A stretch of DNA of 64,000 nt from the NCBI GenBank assembly GCA_951406725.2, contig OX597823.1, forward strand, positions 55,800,001 through 55,864,000. Reading direction: 5' to 3'. The position numbers and the translations under genes are program-made. This DNA comes from Octopus vulgaris (lineage: Eukaryota). The notes beneath the pieces were generated by a model. That model saw nothing but the letters and a program-made list of their open reading frames with translations, was not told the DNA's origin and made no database searches. Positions 43,413 through 58,713 of this stretch are shown piece after piece (the first letter of the stretch is position 1; each line of letters begins with the position of its first letter).

Positions 43413-43952
43413 GCCCTGATGCAGTACCTTGCAGTTGCCCTCGTGGCTTCTGATCTTAACTAATTGGAAGTCTTAGGTACATTGTTTGTCTTGGTATTCT
43501 GCACAAAACCACAGATTTGCTTGTCAGTCGTTTGACCATAGCCACTTGAACACGTTCCTTAGTGGCTGGCGATATATGCATCTATGATCACGAGCAGAAG
43601 TAGTGGAGAAGCATTATAGCCATGAGTTGAGAAGAAGTCTTTGGGGTTTGGATAATTCACCTCTGAAAACATGGGTGTTTCGTTCAACCTCCTTAAACAA
43701 CCCTTATTCAGGGACCTATTGAGCGAGATGGGCTACTCAACTTGAAGAAAATTCTAACTAGGCCTCACTTGTAAGGTCATGCGCTGTTTATCTTGATATG
43801 AGATCACTATGTCGCGCACATATGACTCTGATGCATGTACCTGGCGTACCCTTATATGACGGGTAGTCATGATAGGTATACTGGGTTTCGTATATTTTAC
43901 CTCAGTATCACTTTGATGGAATGCACTGCGCTCTCACACAATAATAATAATA

Positions 43953-44300
43953 TTTTCGTTTTGGGATTTGGTTTGCAAGATTCTTTATATGAGTTCGTGT
44001 GTTGAAGCATATTCTGTTGTGTCTGGGGAGTCATTTTCTATTTGTGCTTTATAATGTAACACACTCACCGATAAAATTTCCACTTATTTCTTATTTTTAT
44101 TTTCCTAAAAGTTTTCGTTACGTCTTGCAACCTTCTAAATAGTCAAAACTATTAAAAAGGTCAAGACTATTGAAAAGGTTGCAAGACGCAACGAACACTT
44201 TTAGGAAAATAAAAATAAGAAACAAGTGGAAATTTTACCGGTGAGTGTGTTACATTATAAGGCACAACAAGAAAATAACTCTTCCCAGACACAACAGAAT
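43953..44300. repeat. Fold-back element (~135-bp arms)
   Basis: ~44010-44143 is inverted at ~44165-44300; same family as 32119-32378. Confidence 0.85.
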
Positions 44301-44307
44301 AATAATA

Positions 44308-44600
44308 ATCCTTTCTACTATTGGCACAAGGCCTGAATCTTGGGGCAGGGGTTAAGTCGATTACATCGAACCCAGTGTTTCACTGGGTACTTATTTTATC
44401 GACCTCGAAAGGATGAAAGGCAAAGTCGACCTCAGTGGAATTTTAACTGAGAACGAGGCGACAGACGGAATACCGGTAGGCATTTTGCCCGGTCTGCTAC
44501 CGATAGGTATTAAGTCGATTACATCGACCCCAGTGCGTAACTGGTACTTAATTTATCGACCCCGAAAGGATGAAAGGCAAAGTCGACATTTTGCCCGGCC
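44308..44600 (-). mobile_element. SINE family B, rearranged
   Basis: Two partial cores. Confidence 0.75.
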
Positions 44601-44624
44601 TGCTACAACAACAACAACAACAAC

Positions 44625-44684
<60 letters not shown>

Positions 44685-46749
44685 CAGTGTTATTTCATAA
44701 ATTTTGATATTTTGATACTGAAAAGTTAATCCCTTATGTAACATTTTGTTCTTTTTTTGAAATTTCTTGAGATGTTTTTTTTATTTGTTCATATTTATAT
44801 AGATACATCCCACTTGTTCTAAAGAACCGCTTGAGCACATTTAGTAAATGAAGTGATGTTCCTACTAAAGCACTTGCGCAGAGAATCACTATTGATTTCT
44901 TGAAGTTGAAATCTGAACAAAAATAAGAGAGGGCAAAGACGAAAAAAAAAAAACATGTATAGAATAAAAAATGTTATGGGTTTATGTAACCTTCGTGCCT
45001 TTTCACAAGGGCAAGGAAATCGTAAGAGAAATAAGACAACCATATGCATGTGCACAAATGTGTGTACTCCTGTACCTACGCGCGCGCATACGGATTCAGT
45101 CACGTTTTCTTTATCTTTTACAGCCAACAGCGCGGGCTAGTTCTCTCTATACATATATTGATTTATAACATAAGCAGGTCTCATTTATTTCTTTAATTAT
45201 TTATCTAATTATTTATTTATTCATTTTTTGTGGTGCGAACGGATATAAGTATAGCCTTAACCTTTTTTATTATAGCTTCGCTCAAATCTCTTGTTATGGG
45301 CTGGTACTTAATTTTGTTAACCCAGAAAAGATAAAAGACAAATACAAACTGGTCGAGATTTGAACTCAAAACGCTCTACTGATTCTATGATTCATCGCTC
45401 TTGTAGTAAGAACGATAATGACTTTCAACCATAAGGCAAAAATTCACAATATTGAGGTAAGCAAAGAATGAATTACACGATCCTTCTTGACGGTCAATAA
45501 CATTGTGTGATCAATAATTAATAAATTCAACAATCTTCACAATTTATGTTTCGTCATCTACTCCCTTGTCCTGCGTGGTACACTGTTCTTGATAGTTTTG
45601 TATCATATCATGGCTGTGCAGTTGAACTTATTGACCCTATGGTGGAGTAGTGGGTACTGTAATTCGGCTCCTAGCATTCGTAAGAGTTTGAACTACATTC
45701 CGTGTACATGCTCGGTATGATGTTGTATGTGGTTTAAATATATACGGCCTAGCATTTCAATGGAATATCTAGACCTCGCGCGGTCGAGTAATAGTGTTTG
45801 ATAAGGTTTGCTCCACGCAAATAAGCACCAAGTCTTAATGGCACTCTATGTCGTACTCTAGGGCTGCGAACTTTACGATAGCACATAGAGGTATAGTACG
45901 GCCACAAAACGGTATGGTGGATAAAATCGCTGGTTATGATAGAATAGACAGAATTTATTACTATGTATTTCAACACTATGAGTATCAACGAGTCTAAGAT
46001 CTCGCTGCCCTTCGCGAGTAGCAGTTAAGGTTCTTCATGGATTTCGGGAGAGCTTAGGTTGGTTCGAAGTAATTCACTATTTAAATATCTTTCTACGTTG
46101 TTGAGATTGCATTCAAATATGAAGAGTGTCCTCGAACTTCAAGAATGCAAGTGAGGTATGGGATAGATGGATGCTTCTGGGATGTTCCGGGTGTAGTCAA
46201 TTGCACGAGATATTTTTCTACTCGGCATGATTTCAACTTCGTGTACTTTCTGGACATAGGTATGTGTGAGAATGCGTTTATATGAAGCATTTACATTTAT
46301 AATAATACTCGTAGTTTTGTACACTTCACCTATGTATTTTCATGTACACAAGTCTAATCAACTATAAAAGCAAAGACAGAACATGGAATGAGCAGTTACA
46401 ATTTTCCTTCAAGTGTTCAGGTACTAAAAGAAACCTCTTTTCACTACCATGAAATCGCATCAACACGAAATCCATCTATGCGAAACTATTGCTTGTTCTA
46501 TCAAAATTACATCGTTAGCCCTTCTGGCATTCAGTCAAACTGCGCTGACAGAAAGCTCCTATAATAAATTTTTATGCTATAAATTTTATGCTAGCACAAT
46601 TTTTATGCCAGCATGAATCCATACGTGCTCTTGCGAATTTTGATTGACGATAAATATGAATATTGTATTCCTATAGACGAATATACGTACACACTACATA
46701 CATACATATGTATATATGCATGCATGTATGCATGTATATACACAGACAC

Positions 46750-46786
<37 letters not shown>

Positions 46787-47295
46787 TATATGCATATACT
46801 ACGCTTATATGTATATATATGTGTGTGCGTGTATGAGTATATATATATATATAGAGACAGTAACAGAGAGGAAGAAAGAGAGGGAGACCGAGTGTGAGAG
46901 AGTGAATGAGTGAGTGAGTGAGTGATTGAGAGAGTGAGGGAGTGACTAAGTGAGTGAGTGAGTGAGTGAGATATAAACAGCTATATGCTTTTACTTCCTG
47001 GATAGAGAAAAGGAGCGATAAGCCGAACTAGTTTCAATCACTAATGGGAATTCATCAGTCTCTGGTTATTCTCTTTAACCGTCCACTGAAACACAGCTTA
47101 TAAACCCACGATCGCTGAGAGTTAAATAAACCGAATAAATCCATTTTCATAAATAACGCATTCTTGACAGCCATTTCGATTAATAAACTACTGGTCCGTT
47201 AACAGGTTTTAGTTTAAACGCTATACTGTAACAGAGCATATATCCTTATATATAACCACACATTAAATGCAATCGGTAGACAGATGTAAAGTCCT

Positions 47296-47335
<40 letters not shown>

Positions 47336-47389
47336 CTCACACAAACACAGACACACACACACACACATATTAATATACACAGCAGGTTA

Positions 47390-47602
47390 AGGTGGCGAGC
47401 TGGCAGAAACGTTAGGACGCCGGCCGAAATGCTTAGCGGTATTTCGTCTGTCTTTGTGTTCTGAGATCAAATTCCGCCGAGGTCGACTTTGCCTTTCATC
47501 CTTTCAGGGTCGATAAATTAAGTACTAGTTGTGTGCTGGGGTTGATCTAATCGACTGGCCCACTCGCCCAAATTTTCGGGGCCTTGTGCCAATAGTAGAA
47601 AA
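47390..47602 (+). mobile_element. SINE family B
   Basis: Head and core; acagcaggtt on both flanks. Confidence 0.85.
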
Positions 47603-47666
47603 TAATATAAACAGCAGGTTGCACTGTTTCACCAAAAAAGGAGAATTATAATAGTCACATTTAGTG

Positions 47667-47758
<92 letters not shown>

Positions 47759-47786
47759 TAATATGTGACAATTATTCGGTAGCCAT

Positions 47787-47848
47787 GATAAAATTCCGAG
47801 TTTCGGATGTCGGGAGTGGAAACCCACGCCGCCATTTCTTCAGTTATC
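47787..47848 (-). ncRNA. Decayed type I hammerhead
   Basis: GAUAA-CUGAAGA-[AUG.CGG.GUGG/CCAC..CCG.CAU hairpin]-GAAACUCGGAAUU^UUAUC; perfect 5-bp stem I, base of stem II mismatched. Confidence 0.6.
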
Positions 47849-47859
47849 GGGCCATTACG

Positions 47860-49115
47860 GCTCTTTTTAGGGCGTACCACCATTTGTTATTAATGATGGT
47901 ACCTGTCAATGCCCTCTGTATTAACATCTCTATTCGCTTTTTGTACTCCTCAATCGCCAAAAGGGATGTATTGAGTTTTTAGTAGCCAGATCCCTGTCTA
48001 TGCAATTTATCTACTGTAAGTTTACAGATAACCATCCTGTGATCACTGAAGCTGACTAGATAAAACTGTGGACACTTAGCTATGGACTTATCTGGGGTTT
48101 TTTTCTAATTAAAACCCTATCTAGATATGTTTTGGAAGACCCGTCACTATTTGACCACGCCCACTGTGGAATGTTCGGGTGTTCCAATCTTTATGGATCT
48201 GCCAGCTGAAAGTGACTTTGCAGATCCCGTAAGCCTGGGTTACATTTTCTATTCACGCCCGAGCCAACACAATCTGTGTGTGCGTCACAGATTGTGTAAA
48301 AGTCTTCTATCAGTACTAGCGAATGTGACGTGGACAGGAACTTTCCCAGGTCACGAAAATATTCATTTTGCGGGCCCATAACATTGGGTGCATAAATTGC
48401 AACCAGCCTGATTATCTTGCCACAACTGAATGTCAGGTCGAGAATGACCAACCTGTCTTCTGGACCAGAAAAAAACAACTTTTTTCTCGGCTACTCGGTT
48501 TCTTTTTAGTAGGACCAACACCCCAACCCCACCTCCCGCCCGACTCGGAGAAACGTATTTCTCATAGCCGTTCAGGAGAGGGAGCAGATCTCTTGGCCCC
48601 TTCACCCGGGTTTCCGTTGCAACAATCACATCCAATTTTCTTGACCTGATGTCATTTAGGAAGCGCCCCTGCTTCCAGCTAGACACCAGGCCACGAACAT
48701 TTACTCAACCAATGTGAATAGACGTTACTTACATATTTAATCCTGGGTGTCCTATGCAGTGGGACTCTCCACCTTTTCTTGACATAGGGTCGGAAGTGGC
48801 AAGTCTTGAAAAATGGATTGATTAAAATCTAATTTTATCATCGACACCGACTTTCTATATATGTTAAGGATGAAAGTCTTTTTATCCATTTCGTAGAACT
48901 CGTAGTTCTTATATTTTTCAGAAAGTTCTGCAATCCTAGTGGCTGATTTTTGCTGTATAACGCGACTATCCCTCTGTCTTCTGCTTCCTTCCTTACTATT
49001 TTTGGTTTGTCTCTTTTCGCAGTGTTTTTGGGGGTGTGCGGGGTCATAGTTCGACTTGATTTTGTTGATTTGAGCTTTCCATTTTTCTCTTGTTAATTGC
49101 TTTCTTTTCTTCTAG

Positions 49116-49171
<56 letters not shown>

Positions 49172-50275
49172 CTCTCTATCTATCTATCTCTCTATCTATT
49201 TATCTATTTATCTCCTCCTCTACCTCCTCACCATTGGATTCTTCCTCGCCGTCTCTGCAGTGTTTTTTATATGGCCCACCTGGCCGCACTGAAAACATCG
49301 GGGATTACGCCCCTCGACGAATACGTTAAGGAATTCCTCCCCAATTTCTATTTTCTCTGGTAACTGTTCTAAAATTGACTATTCTGCTTGTATTAGAAGG
49401 TGAACAGTTTGACCGGTCCAATAAGTCTTTTCTGTGACGGTAGCCTAAAGGAGTGTTATATTATCTTCTTTTTTTTTTGCTAGGACTGCTGCCATCAACC
49501 ACATAGGATCGACTCGAGGTGGGACCTTTGGTATACGTATTTTTGACGTCCTCATTCCCATATATATTGGAATTAAAACAACGTCCTTCGTTTCTAAAGA
49601 TTTAAATGAGTGCATTTGTGCAGTTTCTATATCTTTTCGTCGTACTTCGATAGTACCAAACTTTTTCCCTCTAGCTAGGTATGTGATATCCTGACAGATG
49701 GGTTTCAAGTACTTCTCAACTTTCTCTTCGTTCACTCGATCAATTTTTTTAACTTTTAAACAGTAAGATTTAAAAATAATTGTTTTTCTTTTTTCTAACA
49801 TTAATAGTTCTTCCAGGTGTTGAACTTTCACAACACCGTCTTCAATTGTTATCATACCTTTTTTACTTTATCAGGTCATTTTTGTTTGTCGACAGCTGGG
49901 AGGTTCAACCTCCAGCCGCCGACACAAACTTCTTTTTTGTTTATTTTCTTCCTCTTCGCAACAGTACAAATTGATGGTGGGGGAAATACACTTTCATAAG
50001 AATCCGAAATATCGCCAAACATTAAACTTTGAATCTTATTTGCCTCCCTGTCGGTTGACGACTCTTCGCCACACGAAGTTACACTTTTCGGCATCTTGCC
50101 AGCAATTAATGTTTCCCCCACAGGGGAAAACACACGATAGTTTTCGAACGAAGACTATCATACACATTATTATAACAGGAACAATAATTATTACAGGAAA
50201 TAACACAAAAACAGTCAATAGAAATGTGCACTCCAAATAATAATTACCAATAAATCCAAACTCACACAGACAAAA
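47860..50275 (-). mobile_element. L1/Tx1-clade LINE 5' half (ORF1 + AP endonuclease), decayed; RT absent
   Basis: ORF1-like 49445-49855, then zinc knuckle CFQCGQVGHIK (~49255-49297, frameshifted); APE motifs NVRGL..ETR, GGVGVL, AIYAPN and SDH in ~48030-48715. Confidence 0.85.
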
Positions 50276-50278
50276 TCC

Positions 50279-50511
50279 CTATTTCTTTACTACCCACAAG
50301 GGGCTAAACAAAAAAGGGGACGAACAAGGGCAGATAAATGGATTAAGTCGATTATATCGACTCCAGTGGACAACTGGTACTTATTTAATCGATCCCGAAA
50401 GGATGAAAAGCAAAGTCGATCTCGGCGCAATTTGAACTCAGAACGTAACGGTAGACGAAATACGGCTACGCATTTCGCCCGGCGTGCTAACGTTTCTGCC
50501 AGCTCGCCGCC
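50279..50511 (-). mobile_element. SINE family B
   Basis: Full match. Confidence 0.85.
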
Positions 50512-51039
50512 CTAAAACAAATTATAGTTATTAGGTGGTATCTGATAGTAGGAATGGTTTAATGAGGACGTGGAGAGGTTGAGTTGCTTCAGCGTATAAA
50601 AGAAGGATAATGCTATTCCAAAATGTTTTTGGATTCCAAGATTAAATAAGGTACACCATAAGTGTAAATTTATCTAGGGGCCTAGAAGGTGTACCAATAA
50701 ACAGTTGTCTATCTTAATAAATCACGCATTAAATGTTATTTATCGGTTTTATGAGGTACTGCAAAGATTTTTTTCTTTTACTTTCTTTTTTGTAATTTGG
50801 ATATTAACGTATTCTGGAGTATTAGATCCACGAAAGACATTTTTTAGATAAGCTCCAAAAGATTAATATAATTCAAACTATACACATGTGTTTTCTCCAC
50901 AGTGCATAGAAATTTAGAATTAAATACAGCCGAAGAAAATATACTTAGAATAATTGATATAATGTTTGGTAAGGATTACAAATATGTTTCCATTTAAAAT
51001 AGAGGTCTTTTTATGTCCAGTTGTAGGTATTATAGCTTT

Positions 51040-51635
51040 TGAGACCCCCTTCGGTCATGACCGACCGTGGGATTGCACCTAGATAGTTACCCTTCCAGGC
51101 CCAAGTCCAGGCAAGGTGGTTTATGGAAAGCCAGCAGTCGCCCATGCATATCGGCCTCCCCTCTCCACGCCACCAGTGTTATCGAAGGGAAAGGCAACAG
51201 TAGATACATATTTCTTCATTACCCACAAGGGGCTAGACACAGAGGGGACAAACAAGGACAGACAAACGGATTAAGTCAATTATATCGACCCCAGTGCGTA
51301 ACTGGTACTTAATTTACCGACCCCGAAAGGATGAAAGGCAAAGTCGACCTCGGCGGAAATTGAACTCAGAACGTAAAGGCAGGCGAAATACCGCTAAGCA
51401 TTTCGCCCGGCGTGCTAACGTTTCTGCCAGCTCGCCGCCTTAACAGTAGATACTCGCCGCAACAGTAGATACAGCTTGGCACCTGTGACGTCGCAACTCA
51501 TTTCTACTGCTGAGTGAACTGGAGCAACGTGAAATAAAATGTCTTGCTCAAGAACACAACACGCAGCCCGGTCCGGGATTCGAAATCACAACCTCACGAT
51601 CGTAAGCTCGACGCTCTAACCACTGAGCCATGCGT
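51040..51635 (-). mobile_element. tRNA-SINE family C with nested family B copy (51209-51439)
   Basis: Minus-strand head gcatggctcagtggttagagcg..tttcgaatccc; aacagtagatac TSD around the nested copy; related copy at ~22630-22865. Confidence 0.8.
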
Positions 51636-52119
51636 AGAATAAAGGAGAAATTTAATAGTATTATTGATTTCAAATGTTGGCACAATGCTTGACTGGTACT
51701 TATTCTATCGACCCCGAAATGATGGAAAAGCGAAGTCAACCACGGCGGAATTTGAACTGACGACGTAAGGACGAACGAAATGCCGCCAAGTGTTATTCCC
51801 TGTGTGCTGACTCGGGACTTAAAGACGGACAAAATTTTGCTAAGCATTTTGCCTGGAATGTTAACGATTCTGCCAACTCGCCACCTTGATTAGTTCTGCT
51901 ATTAATAACGCATCCATTACTTTTATCAATGGGATATTTAAACGAATTAAAATTATTCCAATGTCGTTAATTCCGAGCTGGTAATTGTGATTTATTAGCA
52001 GACATATATTTGTTTTAGTACGAGTTTAGTCTCTTAGTGATTTATACTAACAGAAAGAAATCGGGTGAGCTAAACAGTTTAGTGGTTGCTGCAGATAGCT
52101 TTTTATATATTTTTTTAAT

Positions 52120-52500
52120 TTTTACTTGTTTCAGTAATTAGACTGAGGCCATGCTGGAACGCTAATTTGAAGAATTTTTAGTCGAACGAATCAAATCCAG
52201 TACTTATTTTTTAAAGCATTGTTCTTATTCTATCAGTCTCTTATTACCGAACCGCTAAGTTACGGAGACGTAAATACACCAGTACCAGTTGTCAAGCGGT
52301 GGTGACGGACAAACACTGATACAAACGCGCGCTCACACACACATGCACGCACACACACACGCACATACGACGGGTTTCTTTCAGTTTCCATCTTCCAAAG
52401 CATCCACTCACAAGACTTTAGTCGACCCCACGCTATAGGAGACACTTTCCCAAGTTGCCAAGCAGTCAGACTGAACAAAGAATCATCTGGCTGAAAAGAA
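52120..52500 (-). mobile_element. SINE family A, diverged
   Basis: Body and tail similarity to other copies. Confidence 0.75.
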
Positions 52501-52946
52501 AACTCATTCATGAGATATTTTTATTCTTAAATTCTTTTTTTTTGTTTTCATTTGAAAATTTTCTAGCGAAAATATGCCCAGGCGATCTCGTAGCTAATAG
52601 AAACGGAGATGCGGAAAATGAGGTTAAGCATTTAAATGTCAAAGTAGTATGGATAATAAGTTTATAACAAGCGTTTAATAAAACTGATAGTTTTAATTTT
52701 CTTGTTGTACCTTTGCCCTAAGCATTTATGTAGAAGTCGGTTAAGAATAGGATATAATGAGTTCTCCAGTCACGTTATCATATATGATAGAATTATAAAT
52801 AAATCTGATGTAGTTGTAGACAGAGCGAAGCTGTTAATGAGGCGTATGGAAGAATAAGATTATGTTAGGAAATTGGTATAAATTCTGTTGCTTGGTTAGA
52901 CAATAAAAATTTGAAAAGTTTAGGAGAATTTCTAGGTTTTCAATTA

Positions 52947-54227
52947 TGAAGGTGAGCTGAAAAGTTCATAGGCCATCTGTGAAGGAGTGTTGCTAGAGCT
53001 GTGATATCTTGCTTACATTGGTTTCACCTCTTGCCATTAATAAATGCATTGTTTTATTTCAGCTAAACTATCATCTGACTCTTCAAAGAAGACTTCAAAA
53101 TTACGTAGTAGTGACTTCTCTTGAAAATGGACGAAAACTGGCATTGTCGTGTTATCAAGGACCTTCAGAAAAAGGATTTGACTTCCAATAACATTCATGC
53201 TGACATGGTTGCTACAGTAGGGGGCGACGTTCCATGTTTACCAGCACAATGAAAGTGAGATGCTGAATTTAGGAAGGGAAGGAGAGTCTTGAAGATGGTC
53301 CAAGGTTTAGACGTTCTGCAACTGCTACCACCGAGGAAAAATTTTCATCGTGTTCACTACATGGTGATGGATGACGGACGAATGGCTATAAATTAAACAG
53401 CCAATGCTATTAGCAGATCCTGTAAGAAAGTTGAAAATATTCTGCACAATGAGTTGGCATGACGAACGTTTCTGTTCGGTGGGTGCCACGTTTTCTGACA
53501 CCTGATCAAAAGCGCATCGGGCTGATCACATCATGGGAAAATCTAACATTGCTTGAGGCAGATTCAGTTGGTTTCCTTGAACGTTCCCTAGCCCAGGATG
53601 AGTGTTGGTTTCATCACTTTGAGCCAAAGACAAAGAGACAATCGATATAGGGGAAACACTCCATCTCATCTGCTCTAAAGGAAGCCAAGGTCGTTTCATC
53701 TGCAGAGATAGTGATAGCCTCAGATTTTGTGATGTAAAAGCATTGTGCTTATTGACTATCTTCAAAGAGGTCACACTATCGATAGAGATTACTATGCCAG
53801 CTTGCTGAGGTAGTTACGAAAGGCTATCAAGAAGGAGAAGAAAGAAAGTAAAACTGACGAAAGGAGGTTTTGTTTCATTAGGACAATACTCCATCACACA
53901 AGTCTTTGGTTTCAATGGCTGCTGTGCATGACCGTGGCTTTGAACTGGTTGATCACCCTCCTTATTCTCCTGATTTAACCCTATCTGACAATCATCTGTT
54001 CCTAACATGAAAAAAAAATTTGGCAGTGGTGATGACGTCATATTTGTTGTTAGTAACATTTTTGACCAACAGGATGAAAGATTCCTCACCAATGAGATCC
54101 AAGCACAGCAACCCCGGTAGAAGAAGTGTGTGGACTGCATGGAGGACTATGTTGAAAAATAAACCTCATTTGGTCACATTCCATGAGAGTATCTTGGTAA
54201 GCCTATGAACTTTTCAGCCGATCCTCG
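52947..54227 (+). mobile_element. Full-length decayed mariner (DD34D-type) transposon
   Basis: ~27-bp TIRs (gctgaaaagttcataggc / gcctatgaacttttcagc); TA on both sides; RWVPRFL, QDECWFHHFEP..KRQS and HPPYSPDL motifs with stops and frameshifts. Confidence 0.93.
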
Positions 54228-55093
54228 TAATATGAATCTTCATAATGATAAATTTTGGTGTTAACAATGACAGCTGTTACTTTTTCACCAGTTGTTCTAT
54301 TATTGTGTATGACGTTACTTACGCTAGAAAATAGTTTCTGGATTACGATTGGCCTTTTGCCCCTTTGCACGTGGGTGCTACGTTATTTATACTGAAAATA
54401 TTTTCCATTCGGTTGGTTCGTTTTTCTTTTTTATGTTTTAAACATCTCATGAAATGCTTGATGGCGGGCGATGTTGGTTTCGATATTTTCTATAGTTTAT
54501 TTATTTATTTATTTATTGCATTTATAATAAAACTAACAGCTTTTATCTTTGGTTCTACATCCTTGCATGGGCGTTTAAGCAGAAATCCATTAAGAGTAGG
54601 ATATAACGTGTTCTCCAGTCAAGCTATTAGATACGATAAAATTATCAACAGAGTCGATGCTTTTGTAGAAAGAACAAGCTGTTGATGTAACATATGGAGA
54701 GGCACGGTTCTGTTGGAAAAATTTTGTTAGTTAAAAGTTTTAACTAATGCTCGGAGAGACGTCATAAAGCTTTGGAAAAAAATTTAGGGTAAATTCTAAT
54801 TTCCTGCTTAGTATCACTCTTCGTAATGTTTAGTTTTATATGGCGTTAACATTGAGATTTGTTATTCTGCATCTGTGTCTCTGGTTATTTTGCACGTATG
54901 TCGTCATATGTTATTGTGTACGACGTCATTTCCGTTAAGAAGTAGTTTCTGAACTCCGCTCTAAGATTACTAAAATAATTTGGTCCATCGTCCCTGGAAG
55001 ACGCGGAAGCGGGTCGTAAAGCTTCGCTTTCCTCGTAACACATAGGTGCTTTGTTGTTTATGCGTAAAATATTTTCTTTACAATTAGTTCGTG

Positions 55094-55161
<68 letters not shown>

Positions 55162-55470
55162 TACTATGCATATATTTATATATTATTTATACTATTATAT
55201 AATCGAACGCAATGCATCATTTTCCATTCTCCTTACCTTCGTAACGCGGAGTAGATAAATAGGGACAACTGATGAAGGGGAATATTCCTTGTGTTGTATG
55301 TCTTGTACTCTGTTCTTTCGTTGTTTGAAAAATAGTTCGTTTCCATGTTTTTGCTTTTATGTTTTCGTTTCTCATTGTGTTCAACGTTTTTTTTTATGTC
55401 CTGTACCCATATATGCATGTAAATATACATATAGATGTAGGTATGTACATATATGCATATCTTTATATAT

Positions 55471-57660
<2,190 letters not shown>

Positions 57661-57664
57661 TATA

Positions 57665-58080
57665 AGTAGCATTCGCCCAAAATGGGACTTCTTCATTAGG
57701 TTGGCAACAAATCGTTATTTTAAAGTGCTGCTATTGAATATCTCTCGTTGAGAGATTTAGGGACAACTATGTTTCTATTTCATTAGATCAGTGACTGTGA
57801 GTCACTTAGAAAATTATATATTTTCGAACGGGTGTTTAACAGTTCCATCTCAGCCGAAGAGTTATTCTGTGCCGACGACGAAGGGAAATAACCCTGAAAC
57901 TGTACGGTCCACAAATACTGCTTCGTACTGGATGGGGATGCTAACCTACTCTGTTCAAAAATATAGGGACACAGATTGTGTGTCGTATAGCTAGTTGGAA
58001 ACGGTGTCTCCTGGGGGCTAAACAACAGTAGTATTCGCCCCTAAATGGGACTGGCACATTAAGTTGGCAAAAAATCGTTA
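57665..58080 (+). mobile_element. Retrozyme-like element: 362-bp unit with ~53-bp terminal direct repeat
   Basis: agtagyattcgccc..atgggact..cattargttggcaa.aaatcgtta at 57665-57717 and 58027-58080; internal hammerhead; non-coding. Confidence 0.7.
57868..57913 (+). ncRNA. Type I hammerhead-like motif (CCGACGA core plus CGA duplication)
   Basis: TGTG-CCGACGA-cga-AGGG(aaataa)CCCT-GAAAC-TGTACG-GTC^CACA. Confidence 0.68.
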
Positions 58081-58092
58081 CTTTATATATAT

Positions 58093-58626
58093 ACTAGCAA
58101 AATGTGGGAGTAGTTTATATATATAAAACTGTAGTTGTGTGAGTGTCTGTCCCCTTCGATTTAGATTCCTAACTACTCCCACATTTTGCGGTGCAGTTTA
58201 ACCAAATTCGGGTATCTTATAGTCGTGATTCATATCGAGCCCGTCTGCGTATTAGCGCGCGTCTACGATGAGTCTACGATTTAAAAAATAATTTAACATC
58301 ATTTTTTATTCCATTTTAATGCATAATTTTTCGTGTGTCGATGGCGGCGGAGTTGGCGTCCATGGTCACACCTGCACCTGTGTTGCTTTTCCCCCTTCTT
58401 CCCTCGCTCGTGAAGCTGTGGGGAAGGGAGTGTGAGGAAATCAACGTCGTAAAGCGTTGTCACGGAGACCAGCGTTCTTTTACAACAACGACTTCATGGC
58501 TTCAAGACACCAAAACAGAAATGGCTAAGAAAGCCCGAATTGGCATCTATAAGGGAAGTAACTCTCTAAAAATGCTTATATAGTTATTTCCCTTACAAAC
58601 CCGAGCAACGCCGGGCGATACTGCTA

Positions 58627-58628
<2 letters not shown>
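58093..58628 (+). mobile_element. Non-autonomous Helitron-like element
   Basis: 3' hairpin cccg(agcaacgc)cggg at 58600-58615 then CTAG-T; 19-bp inverted repeat near the 5' end; in (TA)n. Confidence 0.65.

Positions 58629-58713
<85 letters not shown>

Noticed and set aside
51560-51635. tRNA gene
   Set aside because: It is a SINE head continuing into the SINE body, with no complete cloverleaf.
51757-51790. CTGACGA-cgt/acg-aac-GAAA hammerhead-like boxes
   Set aside because: A mutated SINE family B segment with no stem I or stem III.
52600-55080. Decayed RT in the duplicated sequence flanking the mariner
   Set aside because: The duplication is visible, but only a YDDI-like word supports an RT, which is insufficient.
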